DNA from: Elusimicrobia bacterium ADurb.Bin231
GTDB taxonomy: Bacteria > Elusimicrobiota > UBA8919 > MWCF01
Length of the DNA stretch: 64,000 nucleotides
NCBI GenBank assembly: GCA_002069855.1
Contig: MWCF01000007.1
Span: forward strand, 2,585-66,584
Reading direction: 5' to 3'
The position numbers were made by a program, and so were the translations under genes. Positions within the stretch are counted from its first letter, which is position 1. Each line of letters starts with the position of its first letter. Below, piece by piece: positions 1 through 9,954 of the stretch. The notes beneath the pieces are model-generated. The model saw nothing but the letters and a program-made list of their open reading frames with translations, searched no databases and was not told where the DNA came from.

Positions 1-1571
1 CTTTCAGGTAAATTCGGCTCAACTCCACGGCTGACATTTACCCATGCAGGCAAAGCATCATTTATGCCGAAACTGTTTGCTGATGCCCTGACAGCGACAT
101 TAAAAGTGGTATTTGAAGGCTGGGAAGACGGATTCCATGTTATTGTAGAAACCCTTGTTGAAGGAGAATTTGTGTTATAGACATTTGATTTGTAAGTGGC
201 ATACAACCCTGCAGGATAATGATTGGGAAATGTACCAGCAGCATAAGAAGGAGAAGTTGTGCCTGATACTGAACCATAACTTAAACATATCCTTCCATTA
301 CTCCCGGCTCCGCCATTACCTCCACATCCATTATTACTTCCGCCTCCGCCGCCTCTTGCCACTACGCGACCAAAACCTACAGTTAATGAATTTGCCTGAA
401 GATAAATACTGCCTCCTGCACCTCCACCTCCACCACCCATGCCACACCCACTTCCGCCGCCGCCATTTGAACCACCACCACCATCACTATAAATATATCC
501 TGAGATAGAAATAGTTTTAGCAGCAATAAATACTATGCCGCCGCCATAACCCCCATTACCACCGTAACAGCCATCTTCATCATGACCACCTTCACCGCCA
601 GCACCGCCAAAATACAATTTGGTTAATGTAGTGTTACCTATAGCACTACCACCATTACCTCCACAGTGACTACCACTACTCCCGCCACCGCCGCCGGTAC
701 TGGCATGACCACCGCCACCACCACCGCCAGCATCCTGAGTCCCGCAACCACCACCCGCTCCATTTGCATACGCATCACAGTAAGTACCTATGCCTTCAGA
801 ACTAGCAGCGCCTTCACCATCATAGCCATGGGTATTTCTCACACAAGAGCCGTGATCAAAACTCCTGTAACCCCTGCTGGATTGATTTATATTGCCGCTT
901 ATACTTACAGTACCCTTTGCTCTGAAAACAACAAGCCCGTATTGAGCGCCGTTCCAGTTATTGGAATACAAAGACCCGGTTATTGTCACATTATTCCAGT
1001 TAGGAACACGCTGAACATTTATTTTCTGACCTGTCAAAGTAGCATTAGAAGTGGTAGCGCCATAAATCTTTTGAACATTTGATGTAAAATAAATTGTGTT
1101 TCCTGAAATATTTCTTACCCGTAAAAACTCATAGTTTCCGACATTCCCATAATATGAACCATTGCCTTGCATATTTATCAAAATAACTTCGTTGCCTGCC
1201 ACAATACCACTTGGAGCGGCAGAACAAGTAACATAATTTGCTCCTATGGCATTAACATAATAATTTACACCATATGATGAGTTTATATTTGTGTTTCCTA
1301 AAGACACATCACCGTCTGCGCCTGTACCGCTATAATCAAGAGTGACTTTTGCTCCTGTGCCTGTTCCAGATAAGAGTGTAGCAGAATAAGAGCCGTCATT
1401 AAAATCAGCATCAGTTGTCTCTGTCCATGTCGCAGTTATACCCCAAAATGCGTCGTAAAACCTTAACAACACAAGTCCTATTATCAATATAGGCATAAGT
1501 GTTTTTTTGATTACGCGCAATTTACGGAATAGCCAAGATAGTGGAATTACTAATCTCTTTATTTGTATCAT
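1..1571 (-). CDS. Partial (C-terminus off window) secreted or surface protein. N-terminal hydrophobic signal/anchor followed by repeated beta-strand-like segments separated by Gly-rich, Cys-containing loops (GGGGGGGHASTGGGGGSSGSHCGGNGG, GGGGSNGGGGSGCGMGGGGGGAGG).
   Basis: Own minus-strand translation is open from the ATG at 1571 (AGGAG-like RBS, taaggagatgtgagATG) to position 1 with no stop. Plus-strand ORFs 155-508 and 666-1082 are its antisense shadows (His/Pro/Arg-rich nonsense). Hydrophobic stretch MPILIIGLVLL near the N-terminus. Confidence 0.6.
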   Translation of the reverse strand, partial: MIQIKRLVIPLSWLFRKLRVIKKTLMPILIIGLVLLRFYDAFWGITATWTETTDADFNDGSYSATLLSGTGTGAKVTLDYSGTGADGDVSLGNTNINSSYGVNYYVNAIGANYVTCSAAPSGIVAGNEVILINMQGNGSYYGNVGNYEFLRVRNISGNTIYFTSNVQKIYGATTSNATLTGQKINVQRVPNWNNVTITGSLYSNNWNGAQYGLVVFRAKGTVSISGNINQSSRGYRSFDHGSCVRNTHGYDGEGAASSEGIGTYCDAYANGAGGGCGTQDAGGGGGGGHASTGGGGGSSGSHCGGNGGSAIGNTTLTKLYFGGAGGEGGHDEDGCYGGNGGYGGGIVFIAAKTISISGYIYSDGGGGSNGGGGSGCGMGGGGGGAGGSIYLQANSLTVGFGRVVARGGGGGSNNGCGGNGGAGSNGRICLSYGSVSGTTSPSYAAGTFPNHYPAGLYATYKSNVYNTNSPSTRVSTITWNPSSQPSNTTFNVAVRASANSFGINDALPAWVNVSRGVEPNLPE

Positions 1572-1654
1572 CTCACATCTCCTTAAAAATTAAATAATTT
1601 TAAAAATAATTTCCTGCTTTATGTAAAAAATATTAGGATAATATAAACAATCCT

Positions 1655-2452
1655 TTATTGTTTAAGCATTTCTGTCCAGTCGTCATAATCTCCTGACAGA
1701 TAATAGGCAACTTTATAACCAATACGGTATAATTCTTCTACAACCTTACGAGCGGCATCTTTTTCGCCATAAAAAAATATTTCTTTTTCTTTGGGAAATC
1801 TTTCATAAGCAACTCCCCCTGCTGTTGTCTTTTCAAAAAGTTCTGAAGGTTGAATATTTAAGGCCCCCTGTATATGTCCTTTTTCGTATTCTTCCTTTGT
1901 TCTTAAATCAATTATATAAAAATTGGTATTTATCTCCTCGGGATGATAAAGAATACGAGAATGCAATATTTCTATTGAAACCATTTGATTATTAATACCG
2001 CTTTCGACATCAGAAACGATATGAAGATTCGTAGCGGCCCTTGTCAAATCTGCAAATACCGGATAACCCGCATTTTTGTATTTGATGAAAGGTTCAGATA
2101 GATAAAATACATTTTTATACCCCAGTTTCTTCAACTTATCTGCGGCGAATTTGGCTGTAGAAGCATCAGAGCCGCAATGACAGTATGTTATAAACATATC
2201 AGCCTCCGGCAAGTTATTATGGTCGCGTTCCATATTTTCTATTGATATATTTATCGCACCTTCAATATGTTCAATATCATAGGCACTGGAATGCGCAATA
2301 TCAATCAACACATAGTTCTTATCGGAAGATGTTTGTATTTCTCTTAACTTTTCAATTGATATCTTACCCGCATCATTTAGATTATCCGCAGCAAAACAAT
2401 ATCCTGTTATTTGAAAAAGTGTACAAAGTAACAATATGCTTAAATTCTTCAT
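1655..2452 (-). CDS. Periplasmic tandem rhodanese-domain sulfurtransferase-like protein with signal peptide.
   Basis: N-terminal MKNLSILLLCTLFQITGYCFA signal. Two rhodanese-like segments (VLIDIAHSSAYDIEHIEGAINI and YIIDLRTKEEYEKGHIQGALNI). Candidate active-site Cys in CHCGSDAS. Confidence 0.7.
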   Translation of the reverse strand: MKNLSILLLCTLFQITGYCFAADNLNDAGKISIEKLREIQTSSDKNYVLIDIAHSSAYDIEHIEGAINISIENMERDHNNLPEADMFITYCHCGSDASTAKFAADKLKKLGYKNVFYLSEPFIKYKNAGYPVFADLTRAATNLHIVSDVESGINNQMVSIEILHSRILYHPEEINTNFYIIDLRTKEEYEKGHIQGALNIQPSELFEKTTAGGVAYERFPKEKEIFFYGEKDAARKVVEELYRIGYKVAYYLSGDYDDWTEMLKQ

Positions 2453-2646
2453 TTTTCTTCCTCCTATTTTTTAACAGCCATAAAATCATCATTGCGTTTA
2501 AATACCATCTCTTTCATAATATATTATACTAAAAAGTTGTGAATTTTTTGTGAACTTTTTATTTTTTTTTATTTTTCAAAAAAAGGGAAAGATTTATTAC
2601 AAAACAAACAGCCACTCAATAAAATGGTATTGTTTATTGTAATATT

Positions 2647-4143
2647 TTACCAGCCGGATACTACTTTATTAGCAGCCATTTCTATTGCTTTTAACATAGC
2701 GCGGGATTTATTAAGAGTTTCTTCATACTCTTTTTCAGGCACAGAATCAGCAACTATTCCAGCTCCGGCCTGAATATAAGCATGTTTGCCTTTAACAATG
2801 ATTGTTCTGATATTTATAGCAAAATCCATATTCCCGCGATAATCAAAATATCCCACAGCTCCGGCATAAAGTCCTCTTCGCGTGGGTTCAAGTTCTTCGA
2901 TTATCTGCATTGCCCTGATTTTAGGAGCGCCTGAAACGGTACCAGCAGGAAAAGTTGCTTTAAACAAATCAAATGAGGATATATTTTTATTCAATACTCC
3001 GGAAACTTCTGAAACTATATGCATAACATGGGAATATCTCTCTACTATCATAAATTTTTTCAATTTGACGCTGCCGAAATTGCATACCTTGCCGAGATCA
3101 TTTCTGCCGAGATCAACAAGCATCAGATGCTCTGCCAGTTCTTTTTCGTCATTCAAAAGATCAGATTGAAGTTTTTTATCTTCCGATAAATCTCTTCCGC
3201 GCGGACGGGTGCCTGCTATGGGCCGCAATACTGCGGTCCCGTTTTCAAGTCGGACGAGAATTTCAGGAGAAGCACCGATTATTTTCAAATCGCCGAAATT
3301 GAAATAATACATATACGGAGAGGGATTCAATATTCTCAAAGCCCTGTAAATTTCAAATGTGTCTCCGTCATATTCGGCATGTAATCTTTGCGATAAAACT
3401 GCTTGAATAATATCCCCGTCTTTTATGTACCTCTTTGCTTTTATAACTGATTTTTCAAATTCTTTTTTGGTTGTGTTGGATTTTACCGGACTCATTGAAG
3501 ATCGCTTTGTGGTAATCATTATAGGCTGTTTGAGAGCGTTTATTGTATTTTCTATATCTCGGCAGGCGGCCATGTAGGAGGTTTTTTCATCCGGAAGAAC
3601 AAGACGGATAATTTTAATTTTGTTTTTCAGATGATCAAAAGCAAGAACAACTTTCGGAAATACGAAAATCAATTCCGGAAGATCTATCCCTTCTTTTTGT
3701 ATATTACCGATACTCTCTATTTTTTTTACATATTCATAAGCGATGCATCCTATCGCCCCGCCGGATAAACGGGGAAGCGAAGAATCTTCAGATATAAGTT
3801 GAATTTTCGCTATACAAGATTTAAGAGTTTCCAGCGGATCTTGAGATCGGAATGTCTTTTTGCTCGGTTTTCTTTGTTTTATGCCGCTAAATTTTGTGAG
3901 TGTAACATTATTCCCTTTGCTTTGAAAAACCATAAAAGGTTTAATAGCGAGAAATGAATACCTGGCAAATTTTTCTTCCCCTTCAATACTCTCCAATAGG
4001 CAGGAATAAGGTTCCAAACCAAGTTTGAGATATGCGGATACAGGTGTTTCTCCGACAGCTGAAATTTCCTTCCACATTTCAACTGCTTTTCCGCTCTTTA
4101 TAAGATCTTGAAATATTTGTTTTGTCGGATGATACGCATTCAT
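2647..4143 (-). CDS. Chorismate-utilising enzyme: anthranilate synthase or aminodeoxychorismate synthase component I (TrpE/PabB family).
   Basis: LLESIEGEEKFARYSF N-terminal signature. C-terminal chorismate-binding motifs GAPKIRAMQIIEELEPTRRGLYAGAVGYFDY. 498 aa. Confidence 0.75.
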   Translation of the reverse strand: MNAYHPTKQIFQDLIKSGKAVEMWKEISAVGETPVSAYLKLGLEPYSCLLESIEGEEKFARYSFLAIKPFMVFQSKGNNVTLTKFSGIKQRKPSKKTFRSQDPLETLKSCIAKIQLISEDSSLPRLSGGAIGCIAYEYVKKIESIGNIQKEGIDLPELIFVFPKVVLAFDHLKNKIKIIRLVLPDEKTSYMAACRDIENTINALKQPIMITTKRSSMSPVKSNTTKKEFEKSVIKAKRYIKDGDIIQAVLSQRLHAEYDGDTFEIYRALRILNPSPYMYYFNFGDLKIIGASPEILVRLENGTAVLRPIAGTRPRGRDLSEDKKLQSDLLNDEKELAEHLMLVDLGRNDLGKVCNFGSVKLKKFMIVERYSHVMHIVSEVSGVLNKNISSFDLFKATFPAGTVSGAPKIRAMQIIEELEPTRRGLYAGAVGYFDYRGNMDFAINIRTIIVKGKHAYIQAGAGIVADSVPEKEYEETLNKSRAMLKAIEMAANKVVSGW

Positions 4144-4217
4144 ACAAACAACCTCTCAAAGATATTGTGTTTATGCTGGAAAAATATTATTACATACGCA
4201 TAAAAATTAGCAATCTT

Positions 4218-4583
4218 TCATTTTGTTTTTTTATAAATTTTTTCAGGGTCAAACAATTTCTTGCCTATAGTCTTTCCGGCATCAGTTCTAAAGAAACAAG
4301 TTTCATATCCTGTATGGCATGCCGCACCTTTAGGTTCTACCAGAATAAGAAGAGCGTCGCTGTCGCAATCAACCAGTATTTTTTTGACTATTTGAACATT
4401 CCCGGATTCTTCGCCTTTCATCCAAAGTTTTTTCCTGCTTCTTGAATAGAACCATGTCTTTTTTGTTTCCTGTGTTTTTTTAAATGATTCCGCATTCATA
4501 TACGCAAGCATTAACACCTTGCCTGTTTTTTCATTCTGCACTATAGCAGGAATTAAACCGTTTTTATCAAATTTCAATGTCAT
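4218..4583 (-). CDS. hisI: Phosphoribosyl-AMP cyclohydrolase.
   Basis: 121 aa. [27 protein letters not shown] metal-binding signature of HisI. Overlaps hisF by 4 nt. Confidence 0.85.
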   Translation of the reverse strand: MTLKFDKNGLIPAIVQNEKTGKVLMLAYMNAESFKKTQETKKTWFYSRSRKKLWMKGEESGNVQIVKKILVDCDSDALLILVEPKGAACHTGYETCFFRTDAGKTIGKKLFDPEKIYKKTK

Positions 4584-5365
4584 AATTTTACCCTTATGCC
4601 TTTCTTTGAAAGATATTGTTTTAATTTTTTTATTGTAATTTTCCTATAATGAAAAAGCGATGCTGCAAGCACAGCATCAGCCTTCCCTTTTTTAATAGCA
4701 TCGTAGAAATGTATTAATTTACCGGCGCCGCCGGAAGCGATTACCGGAATATTTACCGCTTCAGATACCGCCTTTGTCAGATCAACGTCATAACCGTCCT
4801 TTGTCCCGTCTTTATCCATACTGGTCAAAAGTATCTCTCCTGCTCCGAGACGCTCCGCTTTTTTTGCCCATTCAACTGCATCCAAACCTGTAGGAGTCCT
4901 GCCCCCGTAAGTATATACTTCCCAATGAGAACCCGCTTTGTTTTTTTGAGACGCTGATTTTTTAGCGTCTATAGCAACAACGATACATTGACTTCCGAAT
5001 AGTAATGAAGATTTGCGAATAAAAGAGGGATTTTCAACTGCCGCGGTATTCATTGAAACCTTATCTGCGCCGGCTTTAAGAAGGTTCCGGATATCCGAAA
5101 TATTTTTTATCCCGCCGCCGACAGTCAGAGGCATAAATACCTTTTCAGCGGTTTTCTTTACCACATCTATAATGATATTCCTTTTTTCATACGAAGCAGT
5201 AATATCAAGAAAAACTATTTCATCCGCGCCGTCGTCATTATATCTCTGCGCAATTTCCACAGGATCTCCGGCATCGCGCAGATTGATGAATTTTGTGCCT
5301 TTCACGACCCTTCCGTTATTGACATCCAAACAAGGTATTATTCGTTTCGTAAGCATATTAAACAT
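4580..5365 (-). CDS. hisF: Imidazole glycerol phosphate synthase, cyclase subunit.
   Basis: [21 protein letters not shown]-terminus and (beta/alpha)8 barrel motifs. 261 aa. Confidence 0.9.
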   Translation of the reverse strand: MFNMLTKRIIPCLDVNNGRVVKGTKFINLRDAGDPVEIAQRYNDDGADEIVFLDITASYEKRNIIIDVVKKTAEKVFMPLTVGGGIKNISDIRNLLKAGADKVSMNTAAVENPSFIRKSSLLFGSQCIVVAIDAKKSASQKNKAGSHWEVYTYGGRTPTGLDAVEWAKKAERLGAGEILLTSMDKDGTKDGYDVDLTKAVSEAVNIPVIASGGAGKLIHFYDAIKKGKADAVLAASLFHYRKITIKKLKQYLSKKGIRVKL

Positions 5366-5418
5366 AGCAAAATCGCGCTTTCATTCATCTGAGTATCTTC
5401 TTTATGCCGTGGCGCGTA

Positions 5419-6150
5419 TTATTTGCATTCCTCCTTCACGATATATATGGCATCCTCCAGTTTTATGGATCCGGTATAAAGCGCTTTTCCTATTATCATT
5501 CCGACCACGCCGCAACTTTCAAGTTTACAAATTTTTCTGACATCATCAGATGTTGAAACACCGCCTGAAGCGATTACGGATAATCCGCTGCGGCATAATC
5601 TTTTAATCCCTTCTATGTTGGCACCTCTCATCATACCGTCTTTCATTATATCTGTCATAATTATTTCTTTGATACCTATATCCTGCATTGTTTTTGCAAA
5701 TTCCAGAGCGTCATGATTGGTCTTTTCCTTCCATCCGCCTATAGCAATTTTGTCATCCAAAACATCAATGGCAAGTATTATTTTATCATTGTGTTTAGCC
5801 ACTGCCTCTTTTAGCATACAGAGATTAAACACCGCTGACGTTCCTATGATAATCTTGTTTATTCCGATAGATACAAGTTTATCCACAGTTTCAAGTTTCC
5901 GGACGCCGCCGCCGAATTCTATTTCAACAGACGTTTCCATGCGGATTTTTTCGACTAACGTCAAATTTTGAGGCGCGCCTACGAAAGCGCCGTCGAGATC
6001 AACTATATGTATCCTTTTGATCCCTTTAGTCTGAAACATTTTCGCTATAAAAACAGGATCTTTGGAAAATATTGTTTCAGCTTCAAGTTTTCCCTGAGTA
6101 AGCATAACACAATTGCCGCCTCTGATATCAATTGCCGGTATAATCTGCAT
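5419..6150 (-). CDS. hisA: Phosphoribosylformimino-5-aminoimidazole carboxamide ribotide isomerase.
   Basis: MQIIPAIDIRGGNCV start. 243 aa. Position between hisF and hisH. Confidence 0.9.
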   Translation of the reverse strand: MQIIPAIDIRGGNCVMLTQGKLEAETIFSKDPVFIAKMFQTKGIKRIHIVDLDGAFVGAPQNLTLVEKIRMETSVEIEFGGGVRKLETVDKLVSIGINKIIIGTSAVFNLCMLKEAVAKHNDKIILAIDVLDDKIAIGGWKEKTNHDALEFAKTMQDIGIKEIIMTDIMKDGMMRGANIEGIKRLCRSGLSVIASGGVSTSDDVRKICKLESCGVVGMIIGKALYTGSIKLEDAIYIVKEECK

Positions 6151-6748
6151 AATTCCTCAATAATTTTAATCCTTTATTCTGGCTTTTTTCCGGATGAAAT
6201 TGCGTGGCAAAAATATTTTTATAAAATACGGATGACACGAAATTCGTCCCGTAAAACGATACGCTCGAAGTAATATTCTTATCGCAAGGAACGACAAAAT
6301 AAGAATGCACAAAATAAAAATAAGAGTTATCCTGAATCCCGCTAAAAATATAATTTTTAACGATAGACCCGTTTAATTTCACATTATTCCAACCCATATG
6401 CGGAATTTTTAATTCTCCTGCCGGTAAAATTTTTTTTACGCAACCTTTTAATATTCCCAGTCCTTCTGCTTTTCCCTCTTCGCTTTTTTCAAAGAGGACT
6501 TGCAAACCGAGGCATATACCGAGAAACGGTTTGCCGGAAAAGATATAATTCTTTATAGGTTCAACGAGTTTTTTCTTTTTTAAATTTTTCATAGCGGAAT
6601 CAAACGCTCCGACACCGGGCAATACAAGCAAAGAAGATTTCATAATTTTTTTTCTGTCGGCGGTTATTATAGCAGGCTTTCCTATATATTCAAAGGCTTT
6701 TTGAACGCTTCTTAGGTTTCCCATATTGTAATCAATTATCGTAATCAT
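6128..6748 (-). CDS. hisH: Imidazole glycerol phosphate synthase, glutamine amidotransferase subunit.
   Basis: MITIIDYNMGNLRSV start. Class I GATase Cys in GICLGLQ. 206 aa. Confidence 0.9.
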   Translation of the reverse strand: MITIIDYNMGNLRSVQKAFEYIGKPAIITADRKKIMKSSLLVLPGVGAFDSAMKNLKKKKLVEPIKNYIFSGKPFLGICLGLQVLFEKSEEGKAEGLGILKGCVKKILPAGELKIPHMGWNNVKLNGSIVKNYIFSGIQDNSYFYFVHSYFVVPCDKNITSSVSFYGTNFVSSVFYKNIFATQFHPEKSQNKGLKLLRNYADYTGN

Positions 6749-7353
6749 AACATTTTTTTTGTGGAGGGTATTCCGGCTGATTTCTTTTCAATCTTTACCG
6801 CCTGGCTTACTGCTTTTGCGAATCCCTTGAATATTGATTCGGCAATATGATGATTGTTTGTCCCTTTGTGAGTTTTTATATGTATATTCATTTTTGCGCT
6901 GTTCGCCAATGCTCGAAAAAACTCTTCAATAAGACCGTAATCGAAGGATATGTTCGTTGCGCCGCAAAAACTCTTTCTTAATACTTTAGAAAATTTCACA
7001 TCATAAGAAAGGTACGGTCTGCCGCCGAAATCAATGGCAACATAACTTAATGCTTCATCCATAGGAAGAAAAAAGTTTCCATATCGAGAAATACCGGTTT
7101 TTTTGCCGAGCGCTTTATTAATAGCTTCGCCGAGAACTATACCAAGATCTTCAGTCAAATGATGATCGTCGATATGCGTATCACCCTTCGCTTTTATTTC
7201 AAGATCTATGTAAGAATGTTTGGCAAACAATGAGAGCATATGGTCTAAAAACGGGATTGTGGTTAATATTTTATATCTGCCGGTACCGTCCAAATTAAGC
7301 GATAATTTTATGTCGGTTTCAGCAGTGATTCTATTGATTTTTGATTTTCTCAT
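6745..7353 (-). CDS. hisB: Imidazoleglycerol-phosphate dehydratase.
   Basis: DHHLTEDLGIVLGEA and HHIAESIFKGFA metal-binding motifs. 202 aa. Confidence 0.9.
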   Translation of the reverse strand: MRKSKINRITAETDIKLSLNLDGTGRYKILTTIPFLDHMLSLFAKHSYIDLEIKAKGDTHIDDHHLTEDLGIVLGEAINKALGKKTGISRYGNFFLPMDEALSYVAIDFGGRPYLSYDVKFSKVLRKSFCGATNISFDYGLIEEFFRALANSAKMNIHIKTHKGTNNHHIAESIFKGFAKAVSQAVKIEKKSAGIPSTKKML

Positions 7354-7504
7354 ATTTTAAAAGCGCGGCATTAAGTTTGGACACAAGCGCTTCCTCCTCA
7401 TCAGTCATAATTCCGCCGGAATCAAAAGAAAAATGTCCTTGTGTGGCGGTTTCAATAAGCACAAGAATAAGTTCCAATTCCCGTTTTGTAAGTTGTATGT
7501 TCAT
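7331..7504 (-). CDS. Unannotated 57-aa ORF between hisD and hisB (MNIQLTKRELELILVLIETATQGHFSFDSGGIMTDEEEALVSKLNAALLKYEKIKNQ), apparently translationally coupled within the his operon.
   Basis: ATG at 7504 lies 9 nt downstream of AAAGGAGAA and directly abuts the hisD stop codon. The ORF overlaps the first 7 codons of hisB in another frame. It is below the 60-aa cutoff of the ORF track. Confidence 0.4.
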   Translation of the reverse strand: MNIQLTKRELELILVLIETATQGHFSFDSGGIMTDEEEALVSKLNAALLKYEKIKNQ

Positions 7505-7506
7505 TC

Positions 7507-8661
7507 TTAAATTCTCCTTTTTAATGATTCCGCATGTTTTACAAGCCCTTCAGTATTTGCAATATTTATTACATCAGACGAAATTTTTCGCAAAGATGCT
7601 TTAGTGTATTCAATAATACTTACTTTTTTCAAAAAACTATAAACTGAAAGACCTGAAGAAAATTTTGCGGATCCGCCTGTAGGAAGAACATGGCTTGGAC
7701 CTGCATAATAATCGCCTATCGCTACCGGAGTATAATTCCCTAAAAATACCGCTCCGGCATTTTTAATCTTTAGAACAATATTATGCGCATTTTTCATCAT
7801 TATTTCCAAATGTTCAGGGGCGAACCGATTGGCTATATGTATCGCTTCGTCAATACTTTTCACATCCAATATTTTAATTTGTTTCCTGACGGATAAAGTA
7901 TTCTTGATACAATATTCCGATAATTTTCGGGAAAACGACAACAAAACCGCTCCGGCATCTGAATCATGCTCGCATTGCGCCATAAGATCGGAAACAACGA
8001 ACTCAGGATTTGCCGAGGTGTCAGCCATTATCAAAATTTCGCTCGGACCGGCTATCATATCTATGCCTACTTCACCGAACAATTGTCTTTTGGCCTCAGC
8101 AACATATTTATTGCCGGGACCTACAATAATATCGACTTTAGGAATGGTTCTCGTGCCGCATGCGAGCGCGGCAATTGCTTGCACACCGCCGATTCGATAA
8201 ATTTCTGTTATTCCGCATAAATGCGCAGCTGCCAAAACAGGTGCCGTCAAATTTTTAGGAGGTGTAACCATTACTACTTTTTTTACTCCGGCGACGAGCG
8301 CAGGTATAGAAGTCATCAATACTGTTGACGGATACGGAAATCTGCCTCCAGGAACATATATTCCAGCGGATTCTACCGGAAGAAAAACATTTTTTATCTT
8401 AACTCCGTTTCCGGAAATAACGGTCTGTTTCGGAAGAATATTTTTTTGAAATGATTCTATATTCTGTTTCGCGCGTTTAAGAGCGGAATAAAGTCTAGAA
8501 TCTATTTTTTTTAAGGATTCTTTTATTTCCCGTTCCGAAACCTTAAACTCTTTCGGATTTATCTTTATCCGATCGAATTTTAAAGTAAATTTCGAAATAG
8601 CGGTATCCCCGCACGCGTGCACGGCTTTGATTATGTTTTTAACGTCTTCACCGATATTCAT
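7507..8661 (-). CDS. hisD: Histidinol dehydrogenase.
   Basis: 384 aa. Motifs IDMIAGPSE and HLE typical of HisD. First gene of the his block in the direction of transcription. Confidence 0.88.
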   Translation of the reverse strand: MNIGEDVKNIIKAVHACGDTAISKFTLKFDRIKINPKEFKVSEREIKESLKKIDSRLYSALKRAKQNIESFQKNILPKQTVISGNGVKIKNVFLPVESAGIYVPGGRFPYPSTVLMTSIPALVAGVKKVVMVTPPKNLTAPVLAAAHLCGITEIYRIGGVQAIAALACGTRTIPKVDIIVGPGNKYVAEAKRQLFGEVGIDMIAGPSEILIMADTSANPEFVVSDLMAQCEHDSDAGAVLLSFSRKLSEYCIKNTLSVRKQIKILDVKSIDEAIHIANRFAPEHLEIMMKNAHNIVLKIKNAGAVFLGNYTPVAIGDYYAGPSHVLPTGGSAKFSSGLSVYSFLKKVSIIEYTKASLRKISSDVINIANTEGLVKHAESLKRRI

Positions 8662-8700
8662 GCAAATGGCCTCATTTAATTAATTATATTATATTTAATC

Positions 8701-9954
8701 TTAACCTTCAATACGTTTTATCGATGCACCCAGTTTTTTCAGTTTGTGCTCAAAGTTCTCATATCCTCTGTCCAAATAACCAAGTCCGGAAACGGAAGTT
8801 TCTCCTGCAGAACATAGTCCGGCAAGCACCAATGCAGCGGAGGATCTAAGATCAGACGCGCAGACCTCTGCGCCTTTAAGAGAGTTTACTCCTTTCACAA
8901 TTGCGCAGTTCCCTTTTACTTTTATATCTGCTCCCATCCTTGAAAATTCCGCTATTGTTTTAAATCTGTTTTCAAAAATTGTTTCTACTATTAGTGACTC
9001 TCCGGCAGAAATCGTCATCAAAGCCATCCACATATTCTGAAGATCCGTTGGGAACCCAGGATAGACACTTGTCTCAATGTTAACCGGAAATATTTTACCA
9101 GTTCTTTTTATATTTATCACTCCGGAACAATTTTTGAGTTCGCAACCGGAAACTTTAAGTTTCTCCGTTAAAAAATCATTATGCTCAGGAATAGTCCCGC
9201 ATATTTTAATGTCTCCGCCGGTAATAGCTGCGGCAATCATAAATGTGCCGGATTCAATCCTGTCCGGCATTACGGAGTAAGAGCATCCTGAAAGTTTTTT
9301 TACTCCTTTTATTATCAACTTCCGTGTGCCTATGCCGGAAATACAAGCGCCCATTTCCACTAAAAAATCAGACAAATCCGCAATCTCTGGTTCAATAGCG
9401 GCATTCTCTATAATAGTTTCACCCTGCGACAGAGCAGCTGCCATCAACAAATTTTCTGTGGCCCCGACTGAAGGGAAATCCAGAACAATCCTGCTACCTA
9501 TTAGCCCGCTGGTTTTTATTTTTATATCACCATGAAATATGTCGCAGACAGCGCCCATCTTTTTGAAACCGTCAAGATGTATGTCTATCGGCCTTAATCC
9601 TATCTCACATCCGCCGGGCATAGACACTTTGGCTTTTTTATAACGTGCCAGAAGCGGACCCATAACAAGAATCGAAGCCCTCATCTTTTTTACCAATTCA
9701 TAAGGCGCTTCGGTTATCAATCCTCCGGATTGCGAAACAGTTATTTCATGGTTGTGAAATTTAATCTTTTTACCGAGATGCTTTAATAATTTAACAACTA
9801 TCATTATATCCTGCAGAACCGGAACATTTTTTATCACGCAATTATCATCCGTAAGCAGAGTTGCAATAAGTATCGGTAACGCGGAGTTTTTCGATCCGCT
9901 TATATTAACGCAACCTTTCAATCTTTTGCCGCCTTTAATTAACATTTTTTCCAT
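8701..9954 (-). CDS. murA: UDP-N-acetylglucosamine 1-carboxyvinyltransferase.
   Basis: 417 aa. MEKMLIKGGKRLKGCVNISGSKNSALPILIATLL N-terminus characteristic of MurA. Confidence 0.9.
   Translation of the reverse strand: MEKMLIKGGKRLKGCVNISGSKNSALPILIATLLTDDNCVIKNVPVLQDIMIVVKLLKHLGKKIKFHNHEITVSQSGGLITEAPYELVKKMRASILVMGPLLARYKKAKVSMPGGCEIGLRPIDIHLDGFKKMGAVCDIFHGDIKIKTSGLIGSRIVLDFPSVGATENLLMAAALSQGETIIENAAIEPEIADLSDFLVEMGACISGIGTRKLIIKGVKKLSGCSYSVMPDRIESGTFMIAAAITGGDIKICGTIPEHNDFLTEKLKVSGCELKNCSGVINIKRTGKIFPVNIETSVYPGFPTDLQNMWMALMTISAGESLIVETIFENRFKTIAEFSRMGADIKVKGNCAIVKGVNSLKGAEVCASDLRSSAALVLAGLCSAGETSVSGLGYLDRGYENFEHKLKKLGASIKRIEG

Noticed and set aside
155-1082. Plus-strand ORFs 155-508 and 666-1082 (His/Pro/Arg/Thr-rich translations).
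   Set aside because: They are antisense shadows of the long minus-strand Gly-rich ORF. Low-complexity composition, no RBS, and the opposite strand encodes a continuous protein with a proper start.
5013-5540. 175-aa plus-strand ORF antisense to hisF. Similar long antisense ORFs: 12376-12948 (in rho), 14330-15025 (in polA), 19711-20193 (in ctpA), 40483-41001, 52125-52541, 56409-56900.
   Set aside because: All lie fully inside well-supported minus-strand housekeeping genes. Biased, low-complexity compositions typical of shadow ORFs in AT-rich genomes.
7341-7604. 87-aa plus-strand ORF spanning the hisB-hisD junction.
   Set aside because: Antisense to hisD and to the better-supported minus-strand small ORF. 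No RBS.
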